From the NCBI GenBank assembly GCA_963833425.1, contig CAWHXP010000007.1, positions 256,001 to 320,000 of the forward strand: a stretch of 64,000 nucleotides of DNA, in the 5' to 3' direction. A program made the position numbers and the translations under genes. This document shows, piece after piece, positions 22,489 through 33,467 of this stretch. Every line of letters begins with the position of its first letter. Positions within the stretch are counted from its first letter, which is position 1. Source of the stretch: an uncultured Methanosarcinaceae archaeon. Lineage in GTDB: Archaea; Halobacteriota; Methanosarcinia; Methanosarcinales; Methanosarcinaceae. The notes under the pieces were generated by a model. It was given only the letters and a program-made list of their open reading frames with translations, did not search any database and was not told the DNA's origin.

Positions 22489-23832
22489 ATGGCAGAAATA
22501 CTATATAGTGCGACTTACAAGCTCTTTGATTATATGCAAAATTCGGAAATTACCCCCCTAATACTTAGCCATCAAACTTTTTTTCAGAACCCATTCGATT
22601 TAGTCCCAAGGATGTCTTTCTCGCCCTACCTGGAAACGAATGAAATTATATTTATCTCTGGCCCCCTATATGCAGGCAAAACGTCTATCCTTAGACAAAT
22701 TGCCAGTAACCTGCAGGGCTCGAAAATTTATATTGATTTTGAAGATAGCAAGATTAAGGAATTGGGATCCGAAAGTTTTCAAGTCATTGAAGAAATTGCA
22801 ACTGAAATTCACGGAAGAAAATCATCGAGAAATGAAGCAGGACATATCTATTATTTTCTTGATGAGATATATAATATCCTAGGATGGGAAAGTTGGATTG
22901 ATGGACTCAACAAGCAAGGGGCAAAAATTTTCATAACATCTTCTTGCTCACGTTTAAAAGAACAGGAATTTTCGATGAGGTTTAAAGGCAGAAGTAAGAT
23001 TATGAGGCTTTTTCCATTTTCATTTAAAGAATACATTCTCTTGAGAGATGCCAAAATACCAGGGTCTAAATTTCTTACAGCTTCTCAAAGCGATGAAATA
23101 TTGTGCATGTTTTTACAATATTTTGAAAATGGCGGTTTCCCAGCTGTGATCAAAAATAACGATTTTCAGCTCTGCCAAAAATATTTTGAAGATATCCTGC
23201 AAAAAGAAGCAGTAAAAGGTTGTGATTCTAAGGTCGTAAGTGGATTAAAAAGGCTTTCTACATTTTTGATATCAAACACTGCTTCTGAATGCCTTCTGGA
23301 AACTTTAAAAAAAGAGAGTGGAATTGAGGACAAGGAAATTATATGCAACTATTTAGATTTTCTGGAAGATAATTTTTTGCTGTATCGCATCCCGAAGCTC
23401 ACTCCTCTTTCTAAAAGCAGCTCGGAAATGGCTGCTCAATGTAAAGTTTACGCATCTGATACTGGTTTCTTTAAAGCAGTTTGCCCGAACTACCCAGACA
23501 ACCTTGGGCTAAGATTTGAGAACCTTGTGTATCTCGAATTGATCAGGCAGGAAAAACAGATTTTCTATTCAAGGAACATGAATGAATGTGATTTCCTCAT
23601 TAAGGAAAAAGATAGTGAAAAAATTTCGGCAGCAATTCAAACCTCGATACATTTAGGAAGCCCGGTAATCCGAGAAAGAGCAATATTTGGACTTATGGAA
23701 GCTATGGTAGATTACGGGCTTGAAGAAGGACTGATTTTAACTATGGACGACGAAGAAGTCCTGTTCATTGAAGGCAAAGATGAAAAGAAAAAAGTAATAG
23801 TTAAATCTGTATGGAAGTGGATGCTGGAATAA
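22489..23832 (+). CDS. AAA_14-family ATPase with C-terminal DUF4143 (PD-(D/E)XK-like) domain
   Basis: GPLYAGKTS, YFLDEI, LFPFSFKEY, GGFP, KVYASDTGF, FENLVYLEL, ECDF. Confidence 0.85.
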   Translation: MAEILYSATYKLFDYMQNSEITPLILSHQTFFQNPFDLVPRMSFSPYLETNEIIFISGPLYAGKTSILRQIASNLQGSKIYIDFEDSKIKELGSESFQVIEEIATEIHGRKSSRNEAGHIYYFLDEIYNILGWESWIDGLNKQGAKIFITSSCSRLKEQEFSMRFKGRSKIMRLFPFSFKEYILLRDAKIPGSKFLTASQSDEILCMFLQYFENGGFPAVIKNNDFQLCQKYFEDILQKEAVKGCDSKVVSGLKRLSTFLISNTASECLLETLKKESGIEDKEIICNYLDFLEDNFLLYRIPKLTPLSKSSSEMAAQCKVYASDTGFFKAVCPNYPDNLGLRFENLVYLELIRQEKQIFYSRNMNECDFLIKEKDSEKISAAIQTSIHLGSPVIRERAIFGLMEAMVDYGLEEGLILTMDDEEVLFIEGKDEKKKVIVKSVWKWMLE

Positions 23833-24430
23833 CAAGTCCGAGTTCCACACATCACCGACTGACTCAGATACTCAGTAAAATTCCGTTCATTTTTCAGATT
23901 ATTACAGAAAAATAAAATTTAATAATAACTTTCTTTATTTTAGAATATTTTTTCCAAGTTTAGTTGATGGAGAATTAAATCTATTCAGTTAAAATTACTC
24001 TGAATACATCGTATCAACCCTTTCTGACATGTAGCCATATTGGCTTTGACAGTTGAGTAAAATTAAGTACCTTCTCTTGCTATTTGGTCGAATGAACACA
24101 AGAATAAAAACGCTTCTTCTACTATTTCTATCACGAATAAATGCACCCCTATCAACGTAGCCTTGCGATTTTATGTTTCGTTTTCACAAAAATTACATGA
24201 TTTTACAAAATTTCATCTAACTAATCTCAAATTTGCCAACCCTTCCCCAAAAACCTTTAAGAATATTAGTGATCTGATTTTGTTCTTTGATATCCCAAAG
24301 ATTAGAGTGGGTTAAGTTGTATTAATCCTTGTAAGTCCTTAAATTGCAGCAAATGTATATTGGATTACTTGGGGGAATTTATTATAAATGCTTCTACAGA
24401 GCTTTAAGCTCTATTAATATTTTAAACTTA

Positions 24431-24478
24431 TATACTAAAAAATATACTAAAAAATATACTAAAAAATATACTAAAAAA
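24431..24478 (+). repeat. Four perfect copies of a 12-bp unit (tatactaaaaaa)
   Basis: Directly visible, about 245 bp upstream of the PGF-pre-PGF gene. Confidence 0.95.
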
Positions 24479-24722
24479 AGTCAAAAAATAGTTTATTTGA
24501 GACATATATAATTTATATCCTACGAATTTGCAACGCTTAATTTTTTTAGAGCCTGTTACAAAAAAATCGGAATTAAGCTTCTGGAATGAAATTTTTACTT
24601 TTGAACTATGAGAATAAATCATAAAGAATGGGATAACCCATCGGAACTCCAGCAAATCAAAACTACTGTAGAACAGAAAAGTTTAAAGATTATTAGAAAG
24701 TTATGAGTACTAAGATTTTTTT

Positions 24723-26489
24723 ATGAATTATAAACAAGACAAAATAAGGAAAAAAGAAATGAGAAACACAAAATTTTGTTCTCCAATAGCCTTTGTTTTC
24801 GTTTTTATTTTATTATCACCTACGATATTGGCAAGTAGCACGGACTCTAAATTTCCTCAAATAATTGTTCAAAAACAATCAGGATTTCCAACTGATGATT
24901 TCAGCGCCAATGTTAGTAATGGAAATGATCGCTTTTCTGAACAATTTAACAACATCTCACAAAATATAACCCAAGAGAATCGAGACTTCTGGGACGGGAA
25001 TACTTCTATTGATCAAAATCAAAAGAATGTCTTTCCTACAAAAGATAATCATACCGTTAATCTGAAAGTAAATGATGAAATAGATAAAGTCTCAAAAAAT
25101 CTAGAAACAAATGTGAATAAATTACCACATAAAGATGAAGTCCTTTCTGTGACAAATTTTCCCGACAATGTTAGTGATGGCTATGCTCATCTTTCGTTCC
25201 CGCCTAAAGACCTTTTACAAAATGCGACATTAAGAAGCTGGGACTTTAATAATGACGAAACTACTGATTCAAGTGATAAGAGACCAGTTTATTTAAACAA
25301 AACCCCAAACAATACCTTTAACCTTACAGAGATAAATGCAAACGGTGCAAATTCAAAACTATCTGCAATAACAGTTTTTAATCATGTTGACCCAGGGCTT
25401 CCTATAGCTAAATTTCGCGCAAATGTCACTAGCGGCAATGCTCCTCTTTCTGTGCAGTTTATCGATCTCTCACAAAACATAACCTTGAGACACTGGAACT
25501 TTGGTGACGGAAATTATTCTATAGATCAGAATCCAAAGCATACCTATTCTGCAACAGGTAATTATACCGTTAATCTAACAGTAAATAATGATAAAGGCAC
25601 AAATTCCAAAATTCTAGAAATAATTGTTCACAAGGTACCCAATAACGATAAAATTCTTCCTGTGGTAAACATTTCATCAAATGTTACTCGCGGATATGCT
25701 CCTCTTGAAGTGAGCAATGCAAATGGAATTCCCTCAAAAACTTCTACTATAACAGTGCCGAATCATCTCAGCACTGGGAGCAGTAGCAGAAGCATCATTA
25801 GTGAAAGCAGCCATCGTAGCGTTCAAACTGGTCATAGTGGAGATAGTGGAGCCAATGGCTCTACTGAGCCTCGAAGTAATATTTTGACTAAAGAAATTTC
25901 ACAGGCTTTCATTACTAGTGGAAACCCTACGAAGTTTAATTTCGTTAAGAACACTACTTCTGTCATATATGTGAGCTTTGATTCAAAGAAAACCACTGGC
26001 AAAACAACAAACATCATCGAGATGCTTAAAGAGAAATCTACCCTTGTTTCTGGGCTGCCGTCTGGAGAAATCTATAAATATTTCAATATATTGGTTGGGG
26101 ACAAAGGACTTGCAATTCAAAATAATATCGAAAATCCGGTCGTATGCTTCAAGGTAGAAAAATCGTGGATACAGGATAAAAATATAAATCAGTCTTCTAT
26201 AGCCCTGAACAGATACAGTGATAATAAATGGGATCAGCTCCCAACCAGCTCATCAGGAAAGGATGACAGGTATCTGTACTTCATAGCCAAAACCCCGGGA
26301 TTTTCTCCATTTGCAATAACAGGTAAGCTGAGAACAGAGGAATCTGTAACTGAAAAACAGAAATCTGAGCGAGAAGGAAGTACAAGCACTTCTGGGAAAG
26401 GAAACAGTAACATATCAGCACTCGGAATGATTTGTTTAATAGCATGTCTACTTGCTATATTCCTGTATAAAATAGATCAAAAGGAGTGA
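24723..26489 (+). CDS. Cell-surface protein with PKD domain(s) and PGF-pre-PGF domain
   Basis: Signal-like N-terminus; PKD motif APLSVQFIDLS..WNFGDG...NPKHTY...GNYTVNLTV; AKTPGFSPFAITG; C-terminal TM helix. Confidence 0.9.
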   Translation: MNYKQDKIRKKEMRNTKFCSPIAFVFVFILLSPTILASSTDSKFPQIIVQKQSGFPTDDFSANVSNGNDRFSEQFNNISQNITQENRDFWDGNTSIDQNQKNVFPTKDNHTVNLKVNDEIDKVSKNLETNVNKLPHKDEVLSVTNFPDNVSDGYAHLSFPPKDLLQNATLRSWDFNNDETTDSSDKRPVYLNKTPNNTFNLTEINANGANSKLSAITVFNHVDPGLPIAKFRANVTSGNAPLSVQFIDLSQNITLRHWNFGDGNYSIDQNPKHTYSATGNYTVNLTVNNDKGTNSKILEIIVHKVPNNDKILPVVNISSNVTRGYAPLEVSNANGIPSKTSTITVPNHLSTGSSSRSIISESSHRSVQTGHSGDSGANGSTEPRSNILTKEISQAFITSGNPTKFNFVKNTTSVIYVSFDSKKTTGKTTNIIEMLKEKSTLVSGLPSGEIYKYFNILVGDKGLAIQNNIENPVVCFKVEKSWIQDKNINQSSIALNRYSDNKWDQLPTSSSGKDDRYLYFIAKTPGFSPFAITGKLRTEESVTEKQKSEREGSTSTSGKGNSNISALGMICLIACLLAIFLYKIDQKE

Positions 26490-26720
26490 ATTTAGAACAT
26501 ATGAATTAGATACGATTGTATTGATTAGTTATTTCAATCATCCTCAGATATTAGAGAAGTATCATATCTTATTTAATATTACACGATTAATAAATAATAT
26601 AACTTATAATGAGTTCTAGTTAGCAAATAGACAACCAAATTCTATATTTGTGTGCACGTGCACGATCTCGGATCTTTTTTATATTTTTGGGAAAAATATA
26701 CACCTGTGTCGTAAACTATC

Positions 26721-26806
26721 GAGGGTTTCTATAAGCTCAGATTTTAACAAATCTTTTACATGTCATTTAAAGCTGAAACGAAATTTAGGAATTTATCTAA
26801 GTCCCC
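26721..26806. mobile_element. 86-bp MITE
   Basis: Ends gagggtttctataagctc ... gaatttatctaagtcccc; same length class and TIR consensus as the other copies. Confidence 0.55.
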
Positions 26807-26945
26807 AATAATTTTATGAGGCTAAAAGAAGCGAAGCCATTTTATGAAAAATCAAAATTTCCGTTATACACCCTGCCACAAGCAACCTAGCATGTTCGAT
26901 CCACAGCTTTGTGCATAAATTGAATATAAAAAATCAAATATCTTA

Positions 26946-27050
26946 GAGAATTTCGATAAACTCCTATGCATTTGAGTATTGGATATTTTAATCACTTAAC
27001 AATAATTATTATTAGTGAAAGCTTTTACTGATTCTGTTCTTAAAGAATAA
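26946..27050 (+). mobile_element. Isolated left end of the IS5-subgroup element
   Basis: gagaatttcgataaactcc...gtgaaagcttttactgattctgttcttaaag matches the transposase start region at 56563 downward and at 19004 onward. Confidence 0.75.
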
Positions 27051-27970
27051 CAATCCTCTTATCCCTAACCAACAGGTGGCTTTCCTGCCTTTTATGATGT
27101 CTTAAGAAACTAAAATCATTTATTACGACAGATTGACTGCAACTAGTTTATTTTCTTTGAAGAAGTATCTTGTAATCTCAAGTGTATTTTTGCCAAGATT
27201 CACTTTTCAGGCTCTTTTCCTCTGAAGATCAAGAGGACATCATAATCTGCAGGATTCACATCTTAAACGCAAGATCAGCATTAATTTTGCATCCAGTTTT
27301 TCTGTTGTAGGGCCTCCCTGCAGAGAGCCTGAAACGTGCTTAGCAGTACATATCTTTTCCCTTACTTACGGCGGGATACAGACATTGTTCATGGAAACAG
27401 GATCCTATATTAGAGAATTAATAGCTCCAATACTTACAGAAACGAACAGAGCTTTACGCTATACATAAGACTGTGTAGGCTTCACTTCCCTCTTGCCCCC
27501 CACCAGATAGCATCCGATGCTTCCGCTAATTTGCCTGTGTGCAAGCTCTTTTTGAGGATAACTTGTGAAGTCCAGGTATCTTACTCACTCAATCGACAGG
27601 CTTTTAGACCTTTTTTAAAATTAAGTTTAATTCTATAATTAAGCTAAAACATTCCACTAGCAATTTATTTCAATAATCAAAATACATGCAATATCTCATG
27701 TTATAGATACCATAATTTGTGTCTTTAAGTTCCATTTTGAATAGTACAAAGGTAGATTAAAAATATAAATCCGTTCTTTAATAGTAGTTATTTGGAATTT
27801 TTCATCCCACAGCAAGCTGTGTTGTATTCGGCTAGAAAAAAATTATTATAGATTGACTGAAAAGAGTAGCTACTACTCAAAATAAATACATTTTTCCTAA
27901 TCTACATTTAATTACGTCTAAAACATCATCATATAAATGTATGGCATTTCCAAACAAACCTCAAACCGAT

Positions 27971-28258
27971 TTATACATGACCTGATGCTGCATTCCGTAG
28001 GCATGTTTCCCAGTCTTCTGGATGCTCTGTATTGTCACACTGCCACTCAAATTCACGCCTTGCAAGCTTGATAGTTGCTCTTGCCCTCTTGAGTGGAACT
28101 AATTCTGCACTATCATCGTATAACACATTTAAGCAGCTTACAACATCGACAATAAAACCTTCTAAACTTTCTGGTGGTATAGATTCGTTCTTTGCATGTG
28201 TTTCTGCACACCTAGCGAGATATTCTGCAAGTACACTGATCAGTTTTGCATCATGCAT
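27971..28258 (-). CDS. Hypothetical protein (95 aa)
   Basis: ATG preceded by RBS-like aggagtgg; globular composition; no recognisable motif. Confidence 0.55.
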   Translation of the reverse strand: MHDAKLISVLAEYLARCAETHAKNESIPPESLEGFIVDVVSCLNVLYDDSAELVPLKRARATIKLARREFEWQCDNTEHPEDWETCLRNAASGHV

Positions 28259-29349
28259 GGTTCCACTCCTTTGTGTGACAAATGTGAAATCTACTTTGTC
28301 ACACGGGACTTTAGATTCGGATGATCATAACTATACAATATTTATTAATATTCAACCATTGGCCCTTAATCCAACCCAAGAAACCTGTTAATCACCATTT
28401 TCCGACTATAAAAATCGGAAAAGCTGATCAAGCTAACATATGTGCGTCTGTAACTCCCTTTAAGTCTTAGTTTACAAAGGATGGCGCATGATATATCCTT
28501 TAAGTATTTTTTTTGTGATTTAAAGGTTTTCTGAATCTTTTAACTTGAAAAAAACTTAGAGATCTGTACTTCTGCTATGCTTAAGGGCTTTTACAGGTTG
28601 TTTTGCTATAATGTAAGTCCAACGTATGTTTACAACAATGAACTTTTAACCACTTTTTTGATCATAATTCCTCACTATGGATTCATAAAGACAAAAATTA
28701 ACTAGTTTTTCATACTATAGTCAAGCATTTCACAAACATATCCACCAATCAAACGATAAATGACCATTTGGTACAGAGAAGCTATTTCGGTAGTCAGCAA
28801 TAATAAATGATTTCTTTAGAAATACTCACATGCTCATATATAGAATCTTATTTTCCACGTTGTTTGAGTTTTTTGTGCAAACAAGTTTAGAAAGCCGGTT
28901 AATGAGCAATAAATCTTAAAATGAATATGAACCAGATAATGAGGCAAGCCCAAAATATAAAAGGATGTTTACTTTCAATAATCTTTCTATTTTTCCCTTT
29001 ATTTATGGAGTCTATTTTAGGTGATGTGAGCCAAAAGAGGAAACTAATCGTCTCATAAATCACCTACTAATTCGTGTCAGTAGAAAGTTATTTGGAGGAT
29101 CGAATAAATAAATATAAGGCTCTTCGATATTTAAAGTGGGAATTTAAAATTATTCCCCAAATGCGGCACAATAAATGTGATATTTGGAAAATCTTTATGA
29201 GCTAGAGTTTTAGCACTTGAGAACTTGTAAATTCAATATCTTAATTAAAATGCACAAAAATCACTAGATTTTTGAACTGCGTTGAGAGTTGAATAATCGC
29301 TGAACAAATAAAAGCCAAGAAACTAAGTTAGAAAATATTTTGAACATCA

Positions 29350-29612
29350 CATGGAAATAGCTGTAAGTAGAGAAATTACCCCTCAATTTACTGGAACAGT
29401 GATCATATTTGCCTTCGATAGGAAGAAGGATTGAGTGAACAAATTGCCCCTTCGATTCCAGTGTTCAGGTAATAAATGTAAAAGCCGAAATAACAATCTC
29501 TGGCAATAAAAATATTCTGGAGAAAGGGGATCTGATCATATTACCTGCCAGTGCCCCCCTGATGCGTTCGACGCGATTAAATGGTTCAAAACGATTCTAA
29601 TCATAATCTGTT
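29350..29612 (+). pseudogene. Degraded cupin-domain protein
   Basis: Across frameshifts it reads VSREIT...GTVIIFAFD..EGLSEQIAP.D..VQVI...AEITISGNKNILEKGDLIILPA..P.A. Confidence 0.7.
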
Positions 29613-30291
29613 TTTAATTTATTAACATACTCTCGGTATGTCGACACTGAATTGTGATAATTGCTAATGATAGAGCTTTTAAATGGTGTGTCATAATTGT
29701 ACCTATTTGTTTGGTTTACATATCGCAGGACTTTAGTCCATCATTAAACTTCGTTGTACAAATATTTCTATTGCTTGCATATATCGCGGAAGTTGAGCCA
29801 CACGTTAAACAACCTTAGATCTGATGTACATTTATCGCATGTTCAAATTTACATTTGGAATTCCCTTTTAAAAATAAGGTGACTTTTGCAGTAACTGAAA
29901 AAACTTCTGAATTTGCCATGGACACATGCTTAACAAAATCAATGATTTTGACTGAATCCCACAATTCTCCAAAAACTTCCGGCCAAATTAGCAAAAATAT
30001 CACAAAGTTGACATATTTTTCAACGAGATTTCATGAAAGATTGAAGAATTAATTCATGAACAGAGCAAAATTGGCACGAACCTAATTAATAAAAAATAAG
30101 TCTTTTTTGGGAGGGGGCGGAATGTAGTTCAAGAAATATCTGATCATTAATCTAACCTCTAATGTTTGCCTAACTCAGGCTCTAGGTATTGTTTAGTAAT
30201 GAAATAATTTTAGATCTTGTATCCCCATCTTCTCCCAATCAATATACAGAGCATCACCTATTTTCTCAAGCACATCTGCACCAGTGAGCAT

Positions 30292-31040
30292 TTAGAACGT
30301 TGCGTGAATTGAGAACCATTTTTAAAGCAACCGCAGGAAACAAAATAATAACGACTGACTATTTCGCAGATTGAACCGCGAATTTTAGCTCAGGTATCAA
30401 AAGATGCCGAATATTTATCTTGGCATACAAAGAAAATAGAGACCTACACAAGCTTACAGCTTCCAAAATAGTCAAGAAACCGATGGATGAAGTCGATATG
30501 AAAGATAGTAGCATAGCCAAAACCGTAAATTTTGGTATAGTTTATGGCATGGATGCTCTTGATTTGCAAAAAAAGCTCCAAGCAGCAGGAACTGAAGTTA
30601 CAGAAAATGAAGCAAAAGAAATAATCGAACAGTACTTTAAGGCCTATCCTGGCGTTGCTAAATATCTAAGAGATGTCAGTATACAAGGGTTGAAAAATTT
30701 AGAAGTAAGAAGCCTTTCTGGAAGATTGATAAAATTTGAATCTTTGAGAACTAAAACAGAGCGAAGTAATATTAGACGGGAATCAAAAAATCTTCCTATT
30801 CAGTCACTGTGTACTGACATGATTAAAATAGCAATGACAAATATTTTTCGGCAGCTTGAACCTAAAAGTGTGAAATTCATAAATACTGTTCATGATGAAC
30901 TTGTTTTTGAATGCGCAGAAGCCCAGGCCGATGAAGTGAAAAATATCGTAAAAGAAGAGATGGAAAAAGCCGGATCACTATTTTTAAAAGATCTTCCATG
31001 TATCGCAGAATTCAAAGTAAGTGATACTTGGGAAAAATGA
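30292..31040 (+). pseudogene. polA: C-terminal (palm/fingers) fragment of a family A DNA polymerase
   Basis: Motif A D-Y-S-Q-I-E-P-R-I-L-A upstream of the called ORF (about 30356-30390, across an indel); motif B AKTVNFGIVYG; N.PIQS..TDMIKIAM; motif C VHDELVFE. The N-terminal part is absent. Confidence 0.9.
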
Positions 31041-31098
31041 ATTATTCCTTTCTATTTTTTTTCTTGTACCTTATCTGGATATGGTTTATAGCTTTCAC

Positions 31099-32400
31099 CT
31101 AATCTGGCAAAACACTAGCAGCTGATGACCGGATAAGATGGATTAGGTGGATAAGGTGAAATTAGACACAAAACAATATTCAACATTCTAAAGTTATTTT
31201 TGGGAAGATAGTTCTTGTTTTACAGAATACAAAAATATAACCATGTTACAGACAATGTGGGAAAAGTTATGATCAAAATTATCTGGATTTCATGAAGCTA
31301 AGTTAATAAAACGAAACTTTTTGATGATAAAGATGATATTTCCAAATCCGAAGCCACTTTCACTGTCAAAGCTACCTGCTGTAGCTTCACTGCCCAAGCT
31401 TCAGCTATCTATTCCGCTTTATCGTCCGTACCCGCAACTATGTTACCACCGACATATCGGGTAATATTTTTACCGCTCATTTCTGTCCATTATTAACAGT
31501 ATCTTTGTTTGGGATCGAATATGAGCCAGCTGACTTGCCGATTTTGGATAGAGCAAGTCCTTTATTGTACCAGGCTTCTGAATTCTTCGGGTTAATTTCA
31601 ATTGCTTTGTCATATGCTATTATTGCTTCATCTGATTTATTCAAATTATATAGAGCAGCTCCTTTACCGTTCCAAGCATATGAATACTGTGGGTTAATTT
31701 CAATTGCTTTGTCATAAGCTGTTATAGCTTCATCGAATTTATTCAGATTATATAGAGCTATGCCTTTGCTGTTCCAAGAATATGAATCCTACATCGCACA
31801 TGTGATACTCACTAGAGTTAAAAGCGCCAGTATAGTAATTCCTAAAACCGTTATAATGATATGCAGTCTTCTTGCATTATCATAAGTCGCTTTTTTCATA
31901 TTCCGTCTCCTGATATTTAGTTATATAATAATGATGAGAAATAACTAGTAAAACAAGGATTGATAATACTTCACTCTGCAAAGAAAACTTTCTACTGAAA
32001 AATTAAATTTTATTTATTAAAATCGTCTTACCAGGATTTAGTTGTTCAATTTATATAATTCTTGATATTATCATCAGAACAAAAGCATTTTGAATCACAA
32101 AAAACCATTCTAAAAAAAGCTGTTAAACTGAATTCCGATACAAGTCTAAAGCTATGTTAGAAGGTAGAACGCAGCTGTCTAAAAACACTGCCAGTTGATT
32201 ATTGAATAAGGTATATTAGGTGGATAATTTGGAATAAGACACAAAATGATGCTCAGCATTTCTAAGGTTAGTTTTGGAAATAGATTTCTTGTTTAACACA
32301 ATACAAAAATGACCTTATCCACTTAATTCACCTTATCCGGGGGTCAACTGCTAATGTTTTAGCAAATTAGTCGAAAACAGGGACCTTATCCACCTAATCC
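31099..32400. repeat. Iterated direct and inverted repeats built on ggattaggtggataagg / ccttatccacctaatcc
   Basis: 31099-31156 vs the reverse complement of 32313-32370 gives 47/58 matches by hand. 31140-31156 is the exact reverse complement of 32384-32400. About 31110-31240 is repeated directly at about 32180-32310. Confidence 0.85.
31477..31899 (-). CDS. Signal-peptide-bearing TPR protein (140 codons) with one in-frame TAG at codon 37; pseudogene or amber read-through
   Basis: RBS aggaga; MKKATYDNARRLHIIITVLGITILALLTLVSITCAM*DSYSWNSKGIALYNLNKFDEAITAYDKAIEINPQYSYAWNGKGAAL...; TAG at 31791-31789. Absent from the ORF track. Confidence 0.75.
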
Positions 32401-32786
32401 GAGAAATAGACACAAATCTTAGCAGAAATTTGCATGGTCCTATAGGAATACACGACGTAGATAGATAGATTATAGATATAGATATTTTATTTTTTATTAG
32501 TTTAGTAGTAGTTTCGACTCCTGTTTTCCTTTGGTTTCGCTGCCTTACCTGACTTACATCTTCTGTTACAATCACCTTCTTCCCAAATAATTCTCTATCT
32601 AAAAACCAGCTAGTTAATCCAAATTCTGTAATGATTACAACTTTTTATTACAAAATACCGTTAATTAAAAATAAAAAAATAGGTTTTAACTAAAACCTAT
32701 AAATTAATTACTGGCAACTGATATGATGCAGTTCTGTTTTCAGAATGTTATTGTGAATTCATCTTAAATGTTGTTACTTATAATAT

Positions 32787-33467
32787 CTAATATCCAGCAT
32801 CTGATCCTGGAAGGAACTGCATATCGTATCCGTCATTGTATTCATCATCATATTCAATATCTTGGGAAGTCGTACTTTTTGGTGCAAAGTTAATATGGTC
32901 TGTTCCGGTGTATTTCAAGTCTTTAATTCCGGGATAATATCCATGATTATATCCGTTTATAACTGCAACCGTATGTCCTTCTCGGTTTCCATTTAAATAA
33001 TGGTGTTTATCCTTTGATCCCCATTTTGGGCTCATAGCTAAGTCTACTGACTCAGTAGCTTCATTTTTCGGTTCTGTATTTGTGCTGACTGAGTCAGTAG
33101 TTTTCTTTTTGGCTTTCGTTTCTGTGCTGATTGACGTTGCAGTAATATATGCTGGCTTTGTAAGTGTATCGTTGCCATCAGGTCCCCATACATTCAATGT
33201 AACATTATAAATCCCAGGTTTTCCAAAATTATGATGAGTTGTTATATTTGAACCACTATAAGTCGTAGCTCCAGTCCCTATATTTTCAAATATCCAACGC
33301 CAAGAAGTGATGTTTCCAGTCACGTCACCAGTAAACCGTGTATGTAAAGGAATAGTTCCATTTGTAACGTTAACAGAAAAATCATTAATTTTCAAATTGC
33401 CTGCTGCTAGAACTGCTGGCATCAAAAGTAAAACCAATAAAACCATTAGTAAAAGATATTTTCTCAT
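32787..33467 (-). CDS. Secreted PKD-domain protein with Thr/Lys linker and Tyr/Gly/Asp-rich tail
   Basis: Signal peptide MRKYLLLMVLLVLLLMPAVLA; PKD ...SWRWIF...HNFGKPGIYNVTLNVWGPDGNDTLTKPAYI; RBS aggag. Confidence 0.85.
   Translation of the reverse strand: MRKYLLLMVLLVLLLMPAVLAAGNLKINDFSVNVTNGTIPLHTRFTGDVTGNITSWRWIFENIGTGATTYSGSNITTHHNFGKPGIYNVTLNVWGPDGNDTLTKPAYITATSISTETKAKKKTTDSVSTNTEPKNEATESVDLAMSPKWGSKDKHHYLNGNREGHTVAVINGYNHGYYPGIKDLKYTGTDHINFAPKSTTSQDIEYDDEYNDGYDMQFLPGSDAGY

Noticed and set aside
27240..27360. TnpB-like 'KINAD' on the minus strand
   Set aside because: Single short match without zinc-finger or other RuvC motifs; orientation conflicts with the putative ends.
31140..32400. 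ttatccac motifs as DnaA boxes
   Set aside because: They do not match the full TTATCCACA consensus, are part of a longer repeat, and archaea use Orc1/Cdc6 rather than DnaA.
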